Shown: positions 28,283 through 38,270, numbered from the stretch's first letter. The stretch: 59,363 nt of DNA from Candidatus Geothermarchaeota archaeon (GCA_015523605.1 WAKC01000015.1:1-59363); one strand, 5' to 3'. A program made the numbers and translations. Notes: generated from the letters alone by a model not told the origin.

Positions 28283-29827
28283 ATGAATAGATATATAGTA
28301 TCTTCAGACGTAATTAGAAAGGGATATCTATATAAAGCAATTGAAGAAGACACTCTAAAAGGAGAGATTATCATACCATGGAGCATAGTAGAGGAAGTAT
28401 TTGAGGAGAAGATAAACCCGATATATAGAGAGAAATATCTGAGGGAGATGGAGAAACTCAAGAAGAAAGAGGAAGAAGGAATAATAAAAATTAAGGTTGT
28501 GGATGTCGAACATTCCGTAGATTATAAGGCAATATATGAACTAGCAAGGAAATATGAAGCTATAGTCTTGACATCAGAGCTAGATACATACAGGAGTATG
28601 AAGGTATTAAATATACCTGTTAGAATGCTAGACTACAGTTTAGAGGGAGAACTTAAAATATCTCAGTTCTTCGATGAATATACCATGTCGGTGCATCTAA
28701 AGGAGGGTGTCCCCCCTAGAGCAAAGAAGGGTACACCAGGAAATTGGGTATATACTACCCTTTCGGACAAACCTCTCACTAGAGAGGATATTATAGACAT
28801 CATCGATGAGATCCTCGATTTCGTTGAGGAAGACGAGGAGAGCTTCATAGAGAGTGACACACATGGTGTAACCATTATACAGCTAAGAAACTATAGGATA
28901 ATCATTGCACGCCCGCCATTCAGCGATGGCTACGAAATAACAGCCACGAGACCTGTTAAAAACCTAACTTTAGAAGACTATAACTTGCCCAGAGAATTGA
29001 TAAAAAGGCTTAGCGAGAGGGCGGAGGGGATATTAATATCTGGTGCGCCAGGAGAAGGTAAGACAACATTCTGTCAGGCATTAGCGGAGTTCTATCGTAA
29101 ACAGGGTAAAGTCGTTAAAACAGTGGAGAGCCCTAGAGACCTCAACCTACCACCCGAGATAACCCAATACAGCAAGTCATATGGAGATGATAAGACTATA
29201 CACGACATACTACTCCTTTCCAGGCCAGACTATACAATATTCGACGAGATGAGGACGACTGACGACTTCAAACTATATATAGATTTGAGACTTGCCGGAG
29301 TTGGAATGGTTGGGGTAGTACATGCAACAAGACCTATAGATGCTGTACAGAGATTCGTAGATAGACTAGAGCTAGGCATGATTCCAAGTGTCATAGACAC
29401 TGTGATATACGTCAAAGGAGGTAAGGTAGCAAAGGTATATGAAATCTCAATGGCTTCAAAAGTACCCCATGGTCTATCAGGTGAGGAACTCGCCAGACCA
29501 GTAGTTGAGGTAAGAGACTTCTTTACAAAAAAGATTGAATATGAATTCTATGTCTTCGGTAAAAGAGTATTTGTAATACCAGTCGGCAAGGAAAGACTAT
29601 ATACTGAGGAGGGAGAAGGATATTCCGTTGAGGACGAGATAAGAAGAGAACTTGGAGACCTTGGTGAAGATATCGAGATAAAATTCTCAGGTGATAGAGA
29701 AGTTATTATATATGTACCTCCATGGAACTACAGGGGTATAAAGAGGGCCTTGAGGAGGAAGAGCAAGATAATAAAGAAGAAATATGGATTGAAACTCGTC
29801 GTCGAACCAGTAATTGGCTATGAGTAA
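28283..29827 (+). CDS. PIN-domain / PilT-like ATPase / KH-domain protein (COG1855 type)
   Basis: An N-terminal PIN-like module, Walker A ISGAPGEGKTTF, Walker B-like YTIFDEMR and a C-terminal KH-like tail, 514 aa. Confidence 0.8.
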   Translation: MNRYIVSSDVIRKGYLYKAIEEDTLKGEIIIPWSIVEEVFEEKINPIYREKYLREMEKLKKKEEEGIIKIKVVDVEHSVDYKAIYELARKYEAIVLTSELDTYRSMKVLNIPVRMLDYSLEGELKISQFFDEYTMSVHLKEGVPPRAKKGTPGNWVYTTLSDKPLTREDIIDIIDEILDFVEEDEESFIESDTHGVTIIQLRNYRIIIARPPFSDGYEITATRPVKNLTLEDYNLPRELIKRLSERAEGILISGAPGEGKTTFCQALAEFYRKQGKVVKTVESPRDLNLPPEITQYSKSYGDDKTIHDILLLSRPDYTIFDEMRTTDDFKLYIDLRLAGVGMVGVVHATRPIDAVQRFVDRLELGMIPSVIDTVIYVKGGKVAKVYEISMASKVPHGLSGEELARPVVEVRDFFTKKIEYEFYVFGKRVFVIPVGKERLYTEEGEGYSVEDEIRRELGDLGEDIEIKFSGDREVIIYVPPWNYRGIKRALRRKSKIIKKKYGLKLVVEPVIGYE

Positions 29828-29835
29828 TACCCCAC

Positions 29836-30708
29836 TTACATATATTTCTTCAGAATCTCTGATACATCGACCTCCTTTAACTCTCTAAGTCCAGGTGGAT
29901 CATCAATAAGTCCATATTCAATCTCTAAAGCCTTCTTACTTGTATCCCTGTAGAAGATACCCATAGGGACTTTATCGCCATTCATATATGCCATCCGAAA
30001 AGCACTTATAATGTCTGATGGGTCATAATCAGGATCCTTCTGTAGATCGTACTCCCTCTTCTTATAATAGGTTATGAACGGCTCTCCAAATATCAAGGGG
30101 TTATAAGTGATACAATACTGTATGATATCAACAAATGCGAATCCATATCCAGCCATAACATGCTTAAGAGCCTCCTTAATCACAAACTCCATGTGACTTG
30201 GATTACCCGTCCACGTCCTAGCTACAAAGGTGGCTCCAGCAGCCAGAGCTATCTGAACTGGTTTGAAAGGCTCATATATAGAGCCTCTGAAGCCCTTTGG
30301 AGCAGTGGGCGATGGCTGTCCAGTCGTCAATCCAAATACACCATTATTCTGTGCTAGATGAACAATACCTATGTTAGACCTTGGAACATTAACCATGTGA
30401 CCAGCTCCAATACCGAATGTATCACCATCTCCACCAATACTCACAACCGTGAGATCCGGCCTGGCAATCTTTAGACCCATAGCAACTGGGAGGGGACGGC
30501 CATGTATAGTGTGGAAACCATTTACCCTTATATAATGTGGTAACTTACTTCCACATCCTATACCACTGACAATAACCACTCTATGTGGTGGTAGATTCAA
30601 ACTGGCGAACACCTTCTTAAGCACGTTAAGGATTGTATAGTCTCCACAACCTGGACACCAGGTGGGCTTCTTATAATCATATTCTCTTACAGTCAATCCG
30701 CTACTCAT
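29836..30708 (-). CDS. 2-oxoacid:ferredoxin oxidoreductase, beta (TPP-binding) subunit
   Basis: WCPGCGDY and the TPP motif SIGGDGDTFGIGAGH. It overlaps the alpha gene by 4 nt. Confidence 0.9.
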   Translation of the reverse strand: MSSGLTVREYDYKKPTWCPGCGDYTILNVLKKVFASLNLPPHRVVIVSGIGCGSKLPHYIRVNGFHTIHGRPLPVAMGLKIARPDLTVVSIGGDGDTFGIGAGHMVNVPRSNIGIVHLAQNNGVFGLTTGQPSPTAPKGFRGSIYEPFKPVQIALAAGATFVARTWTGNPSHMEFVIKEALKHVMAGYGFAFVDIIQYCITYNPLIFGEPFITYYKKREYDLQKDPDYDPSDIISAFRMAYMNGDKVPMGIFYRDTSKKALEIEYGLIDDPPGLRELKEVDVSEILKKYM

Positions 30709-32570
30709 CCTACAATCTTCACCTCCTTTAGGATAGAGCTAATCTTATCATATAGATAGCCAAGACTAAATGGTCTACCATCATATTTCCTAATACTATA
30801 ATCCATGGGGATGAGAGTATTCTCCCTGATAAGACCCTCCATAAGACCATCAAAGTTATTCTCAACGATAATCTTGACTTTGGAACCTTCAATAGCTTTC
30901 TTAAACGCCTCTGATGGGAAGGGATATGCATATCGAACCTGGATAAACCTTACGTTATAACCATCATTATTCATGACCTCTAGAAGGTCTAGTATCACAC
31001 CCTTAGTACTTCCCCAACCAACAATCGCAATATCACCATCAGGATCTCCAAATACCTGGATAGGCTTGTAATAGTCAAACTTCTCTTCCAACTCCTTCAT
31101 GAATGTCTCCACCTTCCTATACCTCTTATCCATCTGAGCTACACGCTTCTCAATATCCTCAGTAGTATTTCCATATTCATCATGCTCATTACCAGTTGTC
31201 CAGAGCACTAGACCCTCAGTACCAAGTCTGAGCCAAGGACTAACACCATCCTCAGTAACCATATACCTCTTATAATTACCTCCAGACTCTCTAATAGCTT
31301 TAGCTTCCTCCTCACTAAGCCATTTCGCATCCTCAAGGGGAATTATAGATTGGTCAGGCTCTGGGAAGGAGTATAGACTCTCACCGATATGCTTATCATA
31401 ATGGACTATAACCGGCATCTGATACTTCCATGCAATATTGAATGCGTTAGCAGTGTCAAAGAATACTTCATATGGATCTCCAGGGAGTATAACCGCTTTA
31501 GGATAGTATCCTTGACCAGCATGCAATACCTGTCTGAGATCACCCTGCTCCTGCCTAGTAGGGAGGCCTGTACTAGGACCTGGTCTACTAACTTCTACAA
31601 CTACAAGTGGAATCTCACCTATACCCGCTAGACCAATGGCTTCAGACATGAGGGCGAATCCACCGCCTGAGGTGGCAACTCCAGACCTAGCACCTCCATA
31701 TGCGGCGCCGATAGCTATATTTACCACCGCCAATTCACTCTCAGGCTGTACAAGGAATATCCCATATTTGTCCTTAACCTCCTCCAGATACCGATATATC
31801 CTAGAGGCCGGTGTCATGGGATACTGTACCCATACACGTAGACCTGCTTTCACCGCCCCCGCAGCGGCCATATGATTACCTGTAGCCACAAGCAGGCCAT
31901 TCTTCTCCTTAGCAGGATCTACAATAAATCTTACGCCATCCTTAAAATGCTCCAAAGCATATTTATATCCAAGTTCATGGAGCCTCCTATTCGCCTCCGC
32001 AATCTGAGGTCTCTTGGCAAACCTCTCAAGAATGACGTCCTCCACAATCTTCTTATCCAGACCCAATACATAGGTAGAAACTCCGAATCCAACCATATTC
32101 CTAACCACGAGATTTACCTTACCTCCCTCGGCAGCCTCTCTAACAATCCTAGTCATAGGGACATCATAGATGTATACACCCTTCTCCTTAAGCTCTTCAA
32201 ACACCTTCTTATCCACCCTACTTGATTCCGTATCAAAGATTAGAACCGAACCCTCAAGAAACTCGTCCATGTGACCATATGTATGCTCTCCACCATCACC
32301 AACTAGGGACACATCGTCCAAGGCAAGTAGGACATCAACATAGTCGACATGACTATTGACCGGTCTATTGTCGTATCTAACCCTGAAATAACTATGTCCA
32401 CCTCTAATCAAGCTCTCATACTCTATATTGCTAAAGACATAATATCCATGTCTTACCAAAGCTTTAGAGAGTAGCTCGGCCACTGTATTAATACCTAGAC
32501 CAGCGGCTCCACCAATCATCCAACTTACTCCACGAAACCTCTTCATACTCCCTACCTTATGTAAATCCAC
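30705..32570 (-). CDS. 2-oxoacid:ferredoxin oxidoreductase, alpha subunit (fused gamma+alpha type)
   Basis: 621 aa with YPMTPAS and GGFALMSEA motifs. The two-subunit architecture matches crenarchaeal OFORs. An alternative start is MKRFRG at 32546. Confidence 0.9.
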   Translation of the reverse strand: MDLHKVGSMKRFRGVSWMIGGAAGLGINTVAELLSKALVRHGYYVFSNIEYESLIRGGHSYFRVRYDNRPVNSHVDYVDVLLALDDVSLVGDGGEHTYGHMDEFLEGSVLIFDTESSRVDKKVFEELKEKGVYIYDVPMTRIVREAAEGGKVNLVVRNMVGFGVSTYVLGLDKKIVEDVILERFAKRPQIAEANRRLHELGYKYALEHFKDGVRFIVDPAKEKNGLLVATGNHMAAAGAVKAGLRVWVQYPMTPASRIYRYLEEVKDKYGIFLVQPESELAVVNIAIGAAYGGARSGVATSGGGFALMSEAIGLAGIGEIPLVVVEVSRPGPSTGLPTRQEQGDLRQVLHAGQGYYPKAVILPGDPYEVFFDTANAFNIAWKYQMPVIVHYDKHIGESLYSFPEPDQSIIPLEDAKWLSEEEAKAIRESGGNYKRYMVTEDGVSPWLRLGTEGLVLWTTGNEHDEYGNTTEDIEKRVAQMDKRYRKVETFMKELEEKFDYYKPIQVFGDPDGDIAIVGWGSTKGVILDLLEVMNNDGYNVRFIQVRYAYPFPSEAFKKAIEGSKVKIIVENNFDGLMEGLIRENTLIPMDYSIRKYDGRPFSLGYLYDKISSILKEVKIVG

Positions 32571-32699
32571 ATAACATTAAACATTATCCACATCATAAGC
32601 TAATGGTAATTAAACCATTTAATAGTATATAGTTCAGACAACGTATATACATAGTATAAGTTAAAAGCCTCAATATATATAAAGGAATGTGGATAAAGG

Positions 32700-34028
32700 C
32701 TAAAGACTCTCTCCAATTGTCTCATCAAGAATCTCTACAGCCTCGTCAACGACATCCTCAGTAATAGTCAATGGAGGTGAGAACCTCAGGGTTGAGACTC
32801 CAGACCCGATAACTATCAACCCCCTCTTAAAACTACCCATGATAACCTTCTCCAAAAGCTTTTTATAAGGCTCTTTAGATTCTCTATCCTTAACAAACTC
32901 CATCCCAACCATCAAACCGAGGCCTCTAACATCGCCGATAACCTCATATTTCTCCTGCAACTCCCTAAGCCGTTTAATGAGATATTCGCCCACCCTAGAT
33001 GCATTCTCGATCAAACCGCTCAAAAGCTTATCGAGAGTGGCATCTGCGGCAGCCAGTGATACTGGATTTCCACCAAAAGTATTTGCATGAGTTCCCCCAG
33101 GCAAGGTCATAACATCCTTCCTACCAATCAATGCTCCCAATGGCAGACCACTCGCGATAGCCTTCGCAGTGGCGATTAAATCAGGCTCTATACCCATATG
33201 CATATAGCCAAATAGCTTACCAGTCCTCCCAAATCCGGACTGAACCTCATCAACCATGAACAAACCCCCATACTCCTCAACCAATCGCTTCAAACCCACC
33301 ATAAACTCCTTAGGAGCTGGGACATATCCACCCTCCCCAGCTACAGGCTCAATTACTGAGGCGGCCAACTCTTCCCCCGGTAAGTATTTCTCAAAAACCC
33401 ATTCCCTAATATAGTCTAGACATGCAATTCCACAGGAGGGATACTCCAATTTGAATGGACATCTATAGCAATAGGGATATGGGACATGGATAGCTCCTGG
33501 AACCATCGGGAAGAAGAATCTCCTCTGAATAGGCTTACTGGCGGTAAGGCTTAGACTACCCAGGGTCCGACCATGAAAACTTCCTATAAAGGCTAGAAAA
33601 TAATGTCTCCGCCCCTCATGAAAACCTTTAGCCACCTTCATACCAGCCTCAATACTCTCCGCACCACTATTGGTAAAGAATATCTTACCATCATAGCCCA
33701 TAGCATTTAATAACTTCTCAGAATATTTCACCGCTAATTCATAGTAGAAATCAGTTAGACTATAATGCATAAACATATCCAACTGCCTTTTAATCGCATC
33801 TACCACATCTGGATCTCTATGACCAGTATTCAAGACCGCGATTCCAGCACTAAAATCTAGATATTTATTTCCATCTACATCCTCAACTATAAAACCTTCT
33901 CCCCTCTTAATAACCACCGGCAACCATCTAACATATGACTGCATAAGGAGATTCTTATCCTTCTCGATAACTTCACGGGCACGAGGACCAGGAGGAACAA
34001 CTTTGATCGAGCTGTAGCGACGCTTCAT
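32700..34028 (-). CDS. Class-III aminotransferase (4-aminobutyrate/acetylornithine-type)
   Basis: DEVQSGFGRTGK and the PLP-Lys region IATAKAIASGLPLGA, 442 aa. Confidence 0.9.
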   Translation of the reverse strand: MKRRYSSIKVVPPGPRAREVIEKDKNLLMQSYVRWLPVVIKRGEGFIVEDVDGNKYLDFSAGIAVLNTGHRDPDVVDAIKRQLDMFMHYSLTDFYYELAVKYSEKLLNAMGYDGKIFFTNSGAESIEAGMKVAKGFHEGRRHYFLAFIGSFHGRTLGSLSLTASKPIQRRFFFPMVPGAIHVPYPYCYRCPFKLEYPSCGIACLDYIREWVFEKYLPGEELAASVIEPVAGEGGYVPAPKEFMVGLKRLVEEYGGLFMVDEVQSGFGRTGKLFGYMHMGIEPDLIATAKAIASGLPLGALIGRKDVMTLPGGTHANTFGGNPVSLAAADATLDKLLSGLIENASRVGEYLIKRLRELQEKYEVIGDVRGLGLMVGMEFVKDRESKEPYKKLLEKVIMGSFKRGLIVIGSGVSTLRFSPPLTITEDVVDEAVEILDETIGESL

Positions 34029-34069
34029 AGTATAAAATTATCTACAACCTTCATATATCTTGAGTATAT

Positions 34070-35086
34070 ATGCTGACATGGAAAAAATTTAGAGGTCTAT
34101 TATCAGAGAATGAGAATGCACTTAAGATGCTCAACTACTATAGCACGTGGGGAACCAATCTAAGAAGTACATACGAGAAAGTAGACACCCTAGATAAACT
34201 TCCAAATAAAGTCTCCATAATCGGTATGGGAGGGTCTGGAATAGTAGGATATATAGTTAGAGACCTTGTCTATAAAAAATCAACGCCTCTCATAGTCAAC
34301 GTCTTCAACACACCCAATATACCCAGACAAGAGATAAAGAAGGGGCTCAACATCCTAGTCAGCCATAGCGGCAACACCTTAGAAGTGTTAAAAGCGGCAT
34401 CCAAAATAAGAGAGATGGGCCGCGAAGCAATAGTCATAACCTCTAACGGAGAATTAGAGAAAATCGCTGGGAAATATGGATGGATCCTATATAAAATTGA
34501 CCCCGCCCCACTACCCAGACTCGGTCTACCACAGTTATTATCACCAATACTAAAGCTCCTAAGTAGGAGATTGAGGCTTGGGAGAATCGATAAGACATCG
34601 GATAGACTAGATAAATACATAGTTAGACAACTTCCCATTAAGAAGGGTGGAGAAGCCTTCCGAATAGCTAAGGCATTATACGGTTCAAAACCCGTCATAT
34701 ACTATCCAGATGGAATGGAGTCAATAGCGTTTAGATTTAAGGCGATGCTCAACGAGAACAGTAAACATGAAGCATATACAGCTTATATACCGGAAATATT
34801 CCATAACCAGATTGAGATATACTCCTACACCCAAGACTCACTCCACACTCCATATATACTGATGAATGACGATATATATCCAGTGATACTCAAGGAATTT
34901 CTAATAGAGAAGAGGATATACTTTATGGATTGGGCTCTCATGAAATCGAGGGATATCCTATACAGCTATCTAGCGGGTATAGCCCTCCATGATATTGCAT
35001 CGATCTACCTAGCTGTTATGAAGGGTGTAGACCCATATACAACTCCATCCATATCATTGTATAAGGAGTTGGTAAGGAAATGGTAG
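34070..35086 (+). CDS. Bifunctional phosphoglucose/phosphomannose isomerase (crenarchaeal SIS-domain PGI/PMI)
   Basis: SIS motifs IIGMGGSGIVG and VSHSGNTLEV. About 338 aa, collinear with the PGI/PMI family. Confidence 0.8.
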   Translation: MLTWKKFRGLLSENENALKMLNYYSTWGTNLRSTYEKVDTLDKLPNKVSIIGMGGSGIVGYIVRDLVYKKSTPLIVNVFNTPNIPRQEIKKGLNILVSHSGNTLEVLKAASKIREMGREAIVITSNGELEKIAGKYGWILYKIDPAPLPRLGLPQLLSPILKLLSRRLRLGRIDKTSDRLDKYIVRQLPIKKGGEAFRIAKALYGSKPVIYYPDGMESIAFRFKAMLNENSKHEAYTAYIPEIFHNQIEIYSYTQDSLHTPYILMNDDIYPVILKEFLIEKRIYFMDWALMKSRDILYSYLAGIALHDIASIYLAVMKGVDPYTTPSISLYKELVRKW

Positions 35087-35781
35087 ACCTTAGTGAGATA
35101 CAGGTGCTCGTGATAGATATTGACGATACGATTACAGATCATCTGAATAGGATAAGCATAGAGGCGATAGAATATATAAGGAAACTCGAGATGAATGGCG
35201 TAATGACTATATTGGCAAGTGGAAATGCATTACCAATAACAAAGGGAGTAGCACATTATATAGGCTCGAGCGGACCCGCAATAGGAGAGGCTGGATGCGC
35301 ATTTGAATATATGAATGAGATATACATACTCGGCGATCCTAACAGAACCAGAGAGGCTTTAGAAAGACTTAAAAGGAGGTTTGGGCCGAGGCTTAAAGAG
35401 CCATGGTCAAACGTGTATAGGCATGTGGATAAAGCCATAAAACCTACAATACCAAAGGATAAAATAGTATCAATACTTGAAGATATGGATGACATAGTAG
35501 TTCTAGACAGTAAATTTGCATATCATATACATCCGAAGGGGATAGACAAGTATAGCGCATTAGAGGTTATATCCCATCTCATAAACCTCCCAACGGAATA
35601 CTTCGCCGCTATAGGAGATAGCGAGCTAGACACAAGACTAATAGAAAAAGTTGGGTATGGCGTGGCAGTCTCCAACTCTCCCGACGAACTTAAGGATGTA
35701 GCTGACTATGTAACGAGGAAGGAGAGATATGAAGGCTTTATAGAATTTGCAGAGATGCTCCTTAAAGAGGTGGGTAAATGA
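35080..35781 (+). CDS. HAD-IIB (Cof/archaeal phosphoglycolate phosphatase-type) phosphatase
   Basis: Motif I is VIDIDDTITD and motif IV is IGDSELD. It overlaps the flanking genes by 7 nt and 4 nt. Confidence 0.8.
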   Translation: MVDLSEIQVLVIDIDDTITDHLNRISIEAIEYIRKLEMNGVMTILASGNALPITKGVAHYIGSSGPAIGEAGCAFEYMNEIYILGDPNRTREALERLKRRFGPRLKEPWSNVYRHVDKAIKPTIPKDKIVSILEDMDDIVVLDSKFAYHIHPKGIDKYSALEVISHLINLPTEYFAAIGDSELDTRLIEKVGYGVAVSNSPDELKDVADYVTRKERYEGFIEFAEMLLKEVGK

Positions 35782-37100
35782 TACCCCTATTAAAACCAAG
35801 GGTAGAGATAATCGCTAGACTCAAATCAGAAGATATGGAGCCTGTAGATTTAATTGTTTATGGAGCTTATGCAACTATAAAGAAACATTCATCTATAGAA
35901 CTTAAGAAGATGGATATCGAGTCAAATAATGTAGAGAAGAGAAGGAAGAGACTCTTAAACGTAACACTGGAGAGTGGTCATCTAAGCGTCCTAGACCAGG
36001 CCGTCTACAGCATATATGTGTCAGACATACCGAGATTAGCCACAATGTTCATGGTCCAACCAATATTCATGAGTCATTTACAGCAGAGTATGAGAAGAGT
36101 AGAACCATATGGGATATACCTCCCAGAGGAGATTAGAGATAGAAATATAATTGAAACCATGGAGGAAAGTATTGATCTCTATTACAAGATGGTCGATGCA
36201 GGAATACCCAAGGAAGATGCAAGATATGTAATACCCCTATACACATCAACCAATATACAGTCCGTTGGAAATCTAAGGGAGATTACACATCTACACTTAA
36301 TCTCTCAACAACCAGGGGTTCCAAAAGTCTGTAGAGAGATAGTAAAAGATATTATAGACAAGATAAACAGTTTATACCCAGACCTGATCAAGAATTATGG
36401 AGAGAACTTCAACCTCCTCAAATATTATCCCATGCCCAACATCTTCCGATTCGAAGAGGTACTTGTAGATAAACTAGCTGAAGAGGGAATAAACAGAAAG
36501 CTGTTAGGATACACCCAACTCATAGAGGTCAATGAAAAGGAGTTACATAATGCGTTAAAGGAGAAAAACCATCCATATCTTATGCAACTAAGAAACAATA
36601 CCTACAATGTACTGGTGAAGATGAGTTTCTCAGCATTCCACCAAGCAATTAGACAAAGGACCCTAAACCATATTCCAGAGAGCATATATCATGCGTTAGA
36701 ACGTTTTGACATAACAATACCACCATCTATCGCAGGAAGTAGATTCAAAGATAGGTTTGTCGATATGGTCAAGAAGCTTTATAAAATCTATCGGGAGAAT
36801 GCAAAGTCAGAGATAGAGAAGACTTTATATGTGGGGATAGTATCTCACGCACACAACCTATATGACATTGTAAGGCTGGATGGATGGAACATTGTAGGGG
36901 CACTTCCTACAAGAAGGTGTATCAAAGCTCAATGGGAGATTAGAAGGGTAGTGGGAGATATGATTCTTGAGGTGAAGAGGGTTAACCAAGTCCTACCCAA
37001 ATATTCACTACCAGGATGTATTACATTTGGTAAATGCCCAGAGAAATATCCCTGTGAATATAAAGAGGAGTTTGAAGCAAGGGGGCCCCTAATCAAGTAG
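35778..37100 (+). CDS. Tandem ThyX-fold (Thy1-like) protein with degenerate ThyX signatures
   Basis: The N-half (aa 1-215) has ESGHLSVLDQ, then VQP where RHR is expected, then GIPKEDARYVIPL. The C-half (aa 245-410) has SFSAFHQAIRQRTLNH (RQR for RHR) and RRCIKAQWEIRRV (ThyX AQWEI box). Confidence 0.65.
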   Translation: MIPLLKPRVEIIARLKSEDMEPVDLIVYGAYATIKKHSSIELKKMDIESNNVEKRRKRLLNVTLESGHLSVLDQAVYSIYVSDIPRLATMFMVQPIFMSHLQQSMRRVEPYGIYLPEEIRDRNIIETMEESIDLYYKMVDAGIPKEDARYVIPLYTSTNIQSVGNLREITHLHLISQQPGVPKVCREIVKDIIDKINSLYPDLIKNYGENFNLLKYYPMPNIFRFEEVLVDKLAEEGINRKLLGYTQLIEVNEKELHNALKEKNHPYLMQLRNNTYNVLVKMSFSAFHQAIRQRTLNHIPESIYHALERFDITIPPSIAGSRFKDRFVDMVKKLYKIYRENAKSEIEKTLYVGIVSHAHNLYDIVRLDGWNIVGALPTRRCIKAQWEIRRVVGDMILEVKRVNQVLPKYSLPGCITFGKCPEKYPCEYKEEFEARGPLIK

Positions 37101-38157
37101 CCTCCGACTCGAAACCTCTTAAACCCTCTCTATACACTGTATAGACAATTCTACACTGGCTATTTCTAACTCTATGATCAGCTATCGACACATTATAACC
37201 CCTACTCACTATAAACCTTCCAAGGAGAGACCTACATACTTTACATATCGGCATCAAAGTATCCCTAATATCCCTAGCATCATAGGAGGACCTATATATC
37301 TGGGGAATCCTATGGACAAACAATGGGAAGATACATGAATCCCCTGTAAAAGTGATATCATTAGACTTTGGACCTCCAAGCTCCAGTCTACTCCTCCAGA
37401 CGATAACATTATATCTATGAGGATATAAACCTCTATCAACTAGATAGTATAAACCATACCTCTCGGACAGTGAATTAAACAATTCATATCCATCGACCAA
37501 ATCCTCATATTCATAGCCATTCAAAATGTCCCTTGCATAGTAGAAGAAAGAAATATATTCTAATAACCTCAACCTATGATTCAACGAGACCCCAATGCCA
37601 AACCTCATAAGCCTACGCACAATCTTCTGGAAAGCCTCCTGAGTAAAACTGTATTTATGTCTCCCATCTAGTAAAACCCTGTTAAACAACTCAAACTCTT
37701 TAATATAGTATTCATTCCTCACCTCCTTCTCAAAATTTAGAGATATTATTCTAGAGAGGAAACGTTGGAAGTTCCAGTCGTACTCCTTCATAAATTGGAG
37801 CTCGAAACGAGTGAAAAGCTCTTGAAAAGCCCTCCTAAGATATGGTAACCTACTCTTAAGCCGGTTCCTCACCCGATCAAGATCACTTCTCACCAACATC
37901 TCAGAGATTCTACTATAGACGTGATACATTACATTCATATCATATATCATGTAGAATAGATAGCCTAGATAACCCGGCCCATTAAACTCTATAGATTCGT
38001 AATATGGATAGTCAAATGCATCATTTAAAGAGGATGCATAGGTTAGATATACTACCCCCCTCCACCCAGCATTATCAAAAGCCCTTCCATACCTCCTACT
38101 ATATGATATTGGGATATAGATAGGGCTATAGTAGAGGGGGTTACTACGTGAGGACAT
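37093..38157 (-). CDS. Hypothetical Tyr/Arg-rich protein (354 aa)
   Basis: Long clean ORF with no motif I recognise, no TM segment and many Y, R and F residues. It converges on the ThyX-like gene with an 8-nt overlap. Confidence 0.55.
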   Translation of the reverse strand: MSSRSNPLYYSPIYIPISYSRRYGRAFDNAGWRGVVYLTYASSLNDAFDYPYYESIEFNGPGYLGYLFYMIYDMNVMYHVYSRISEMLVRSDLDRVRNRLKSRLPYLRRAFQELFTRFELQFMKEYDWNFQRFLSRIISLNFEKEVRNEYYIKEFELFNRVLLDGRHKYSFTQEAFQKIVRRLMRFGIGVSLNHRLRLLEYISFFYYARDILNGYEYEDLVDGYELFNSLSERYGLYYLVDRGLYPHRYNVIVWRSRLELGGPKSNDITFTGDSCIFPLFVHRIPQIYRSSYDARDIRDTLMPICKVCRSLLGRFIVSRGYNVSIADHRVRNSQCRIVYTVYREGLRGFESEAT

Positions 38158-38270
38158 CTCACATATATAATGAAGCTAGATTGTTATATCCAAATTGTGT
38201 AACCATTTTTAGAGAGGGATGGTACAATCCACCAACTTAATTTAAAGAATAACATAAATATTGAGAGAGG

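Noticed and set aside
28231-28461. This 76-aa minus-strand ORF overlaps the start of the PIN-ATPase gene. A 73-aa ORF at 47933..48154 likewise overlaps the start of trpB2.
   Set aside because: Both are hydrophobic or low-complexity translations that overlap real gene starts and promoter DNA, with no independent signals.
32584-32696. A perfect 10-bp inverted repeat, TTATCCACAT (32584..32593) and ATGTGGATAA (32687..32696), brackets the spacer upstream of the OFOR alpha gene.
   Set aside because: The arms are about 93 nt apart, too far for a simple hairpin or a single dimeric operator. A single 10-mer match in AT-rich DNA could be chance. It would only become interesting if conserved in orthologous spacers.
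1-34028. I asked whether the two class-III aminotransferase genes (1..408 fragment and 32700..34028), OFOR and AOR form one unusual catabolic island.
   Set aside because: These are standard peptide and amino-acid fermentation enzymes of heterotrophic hyperthermophilic archaea. They are dispersed among housekeeping genes on both strands, and nothing in their arrangement suggests a discrete or novel system.
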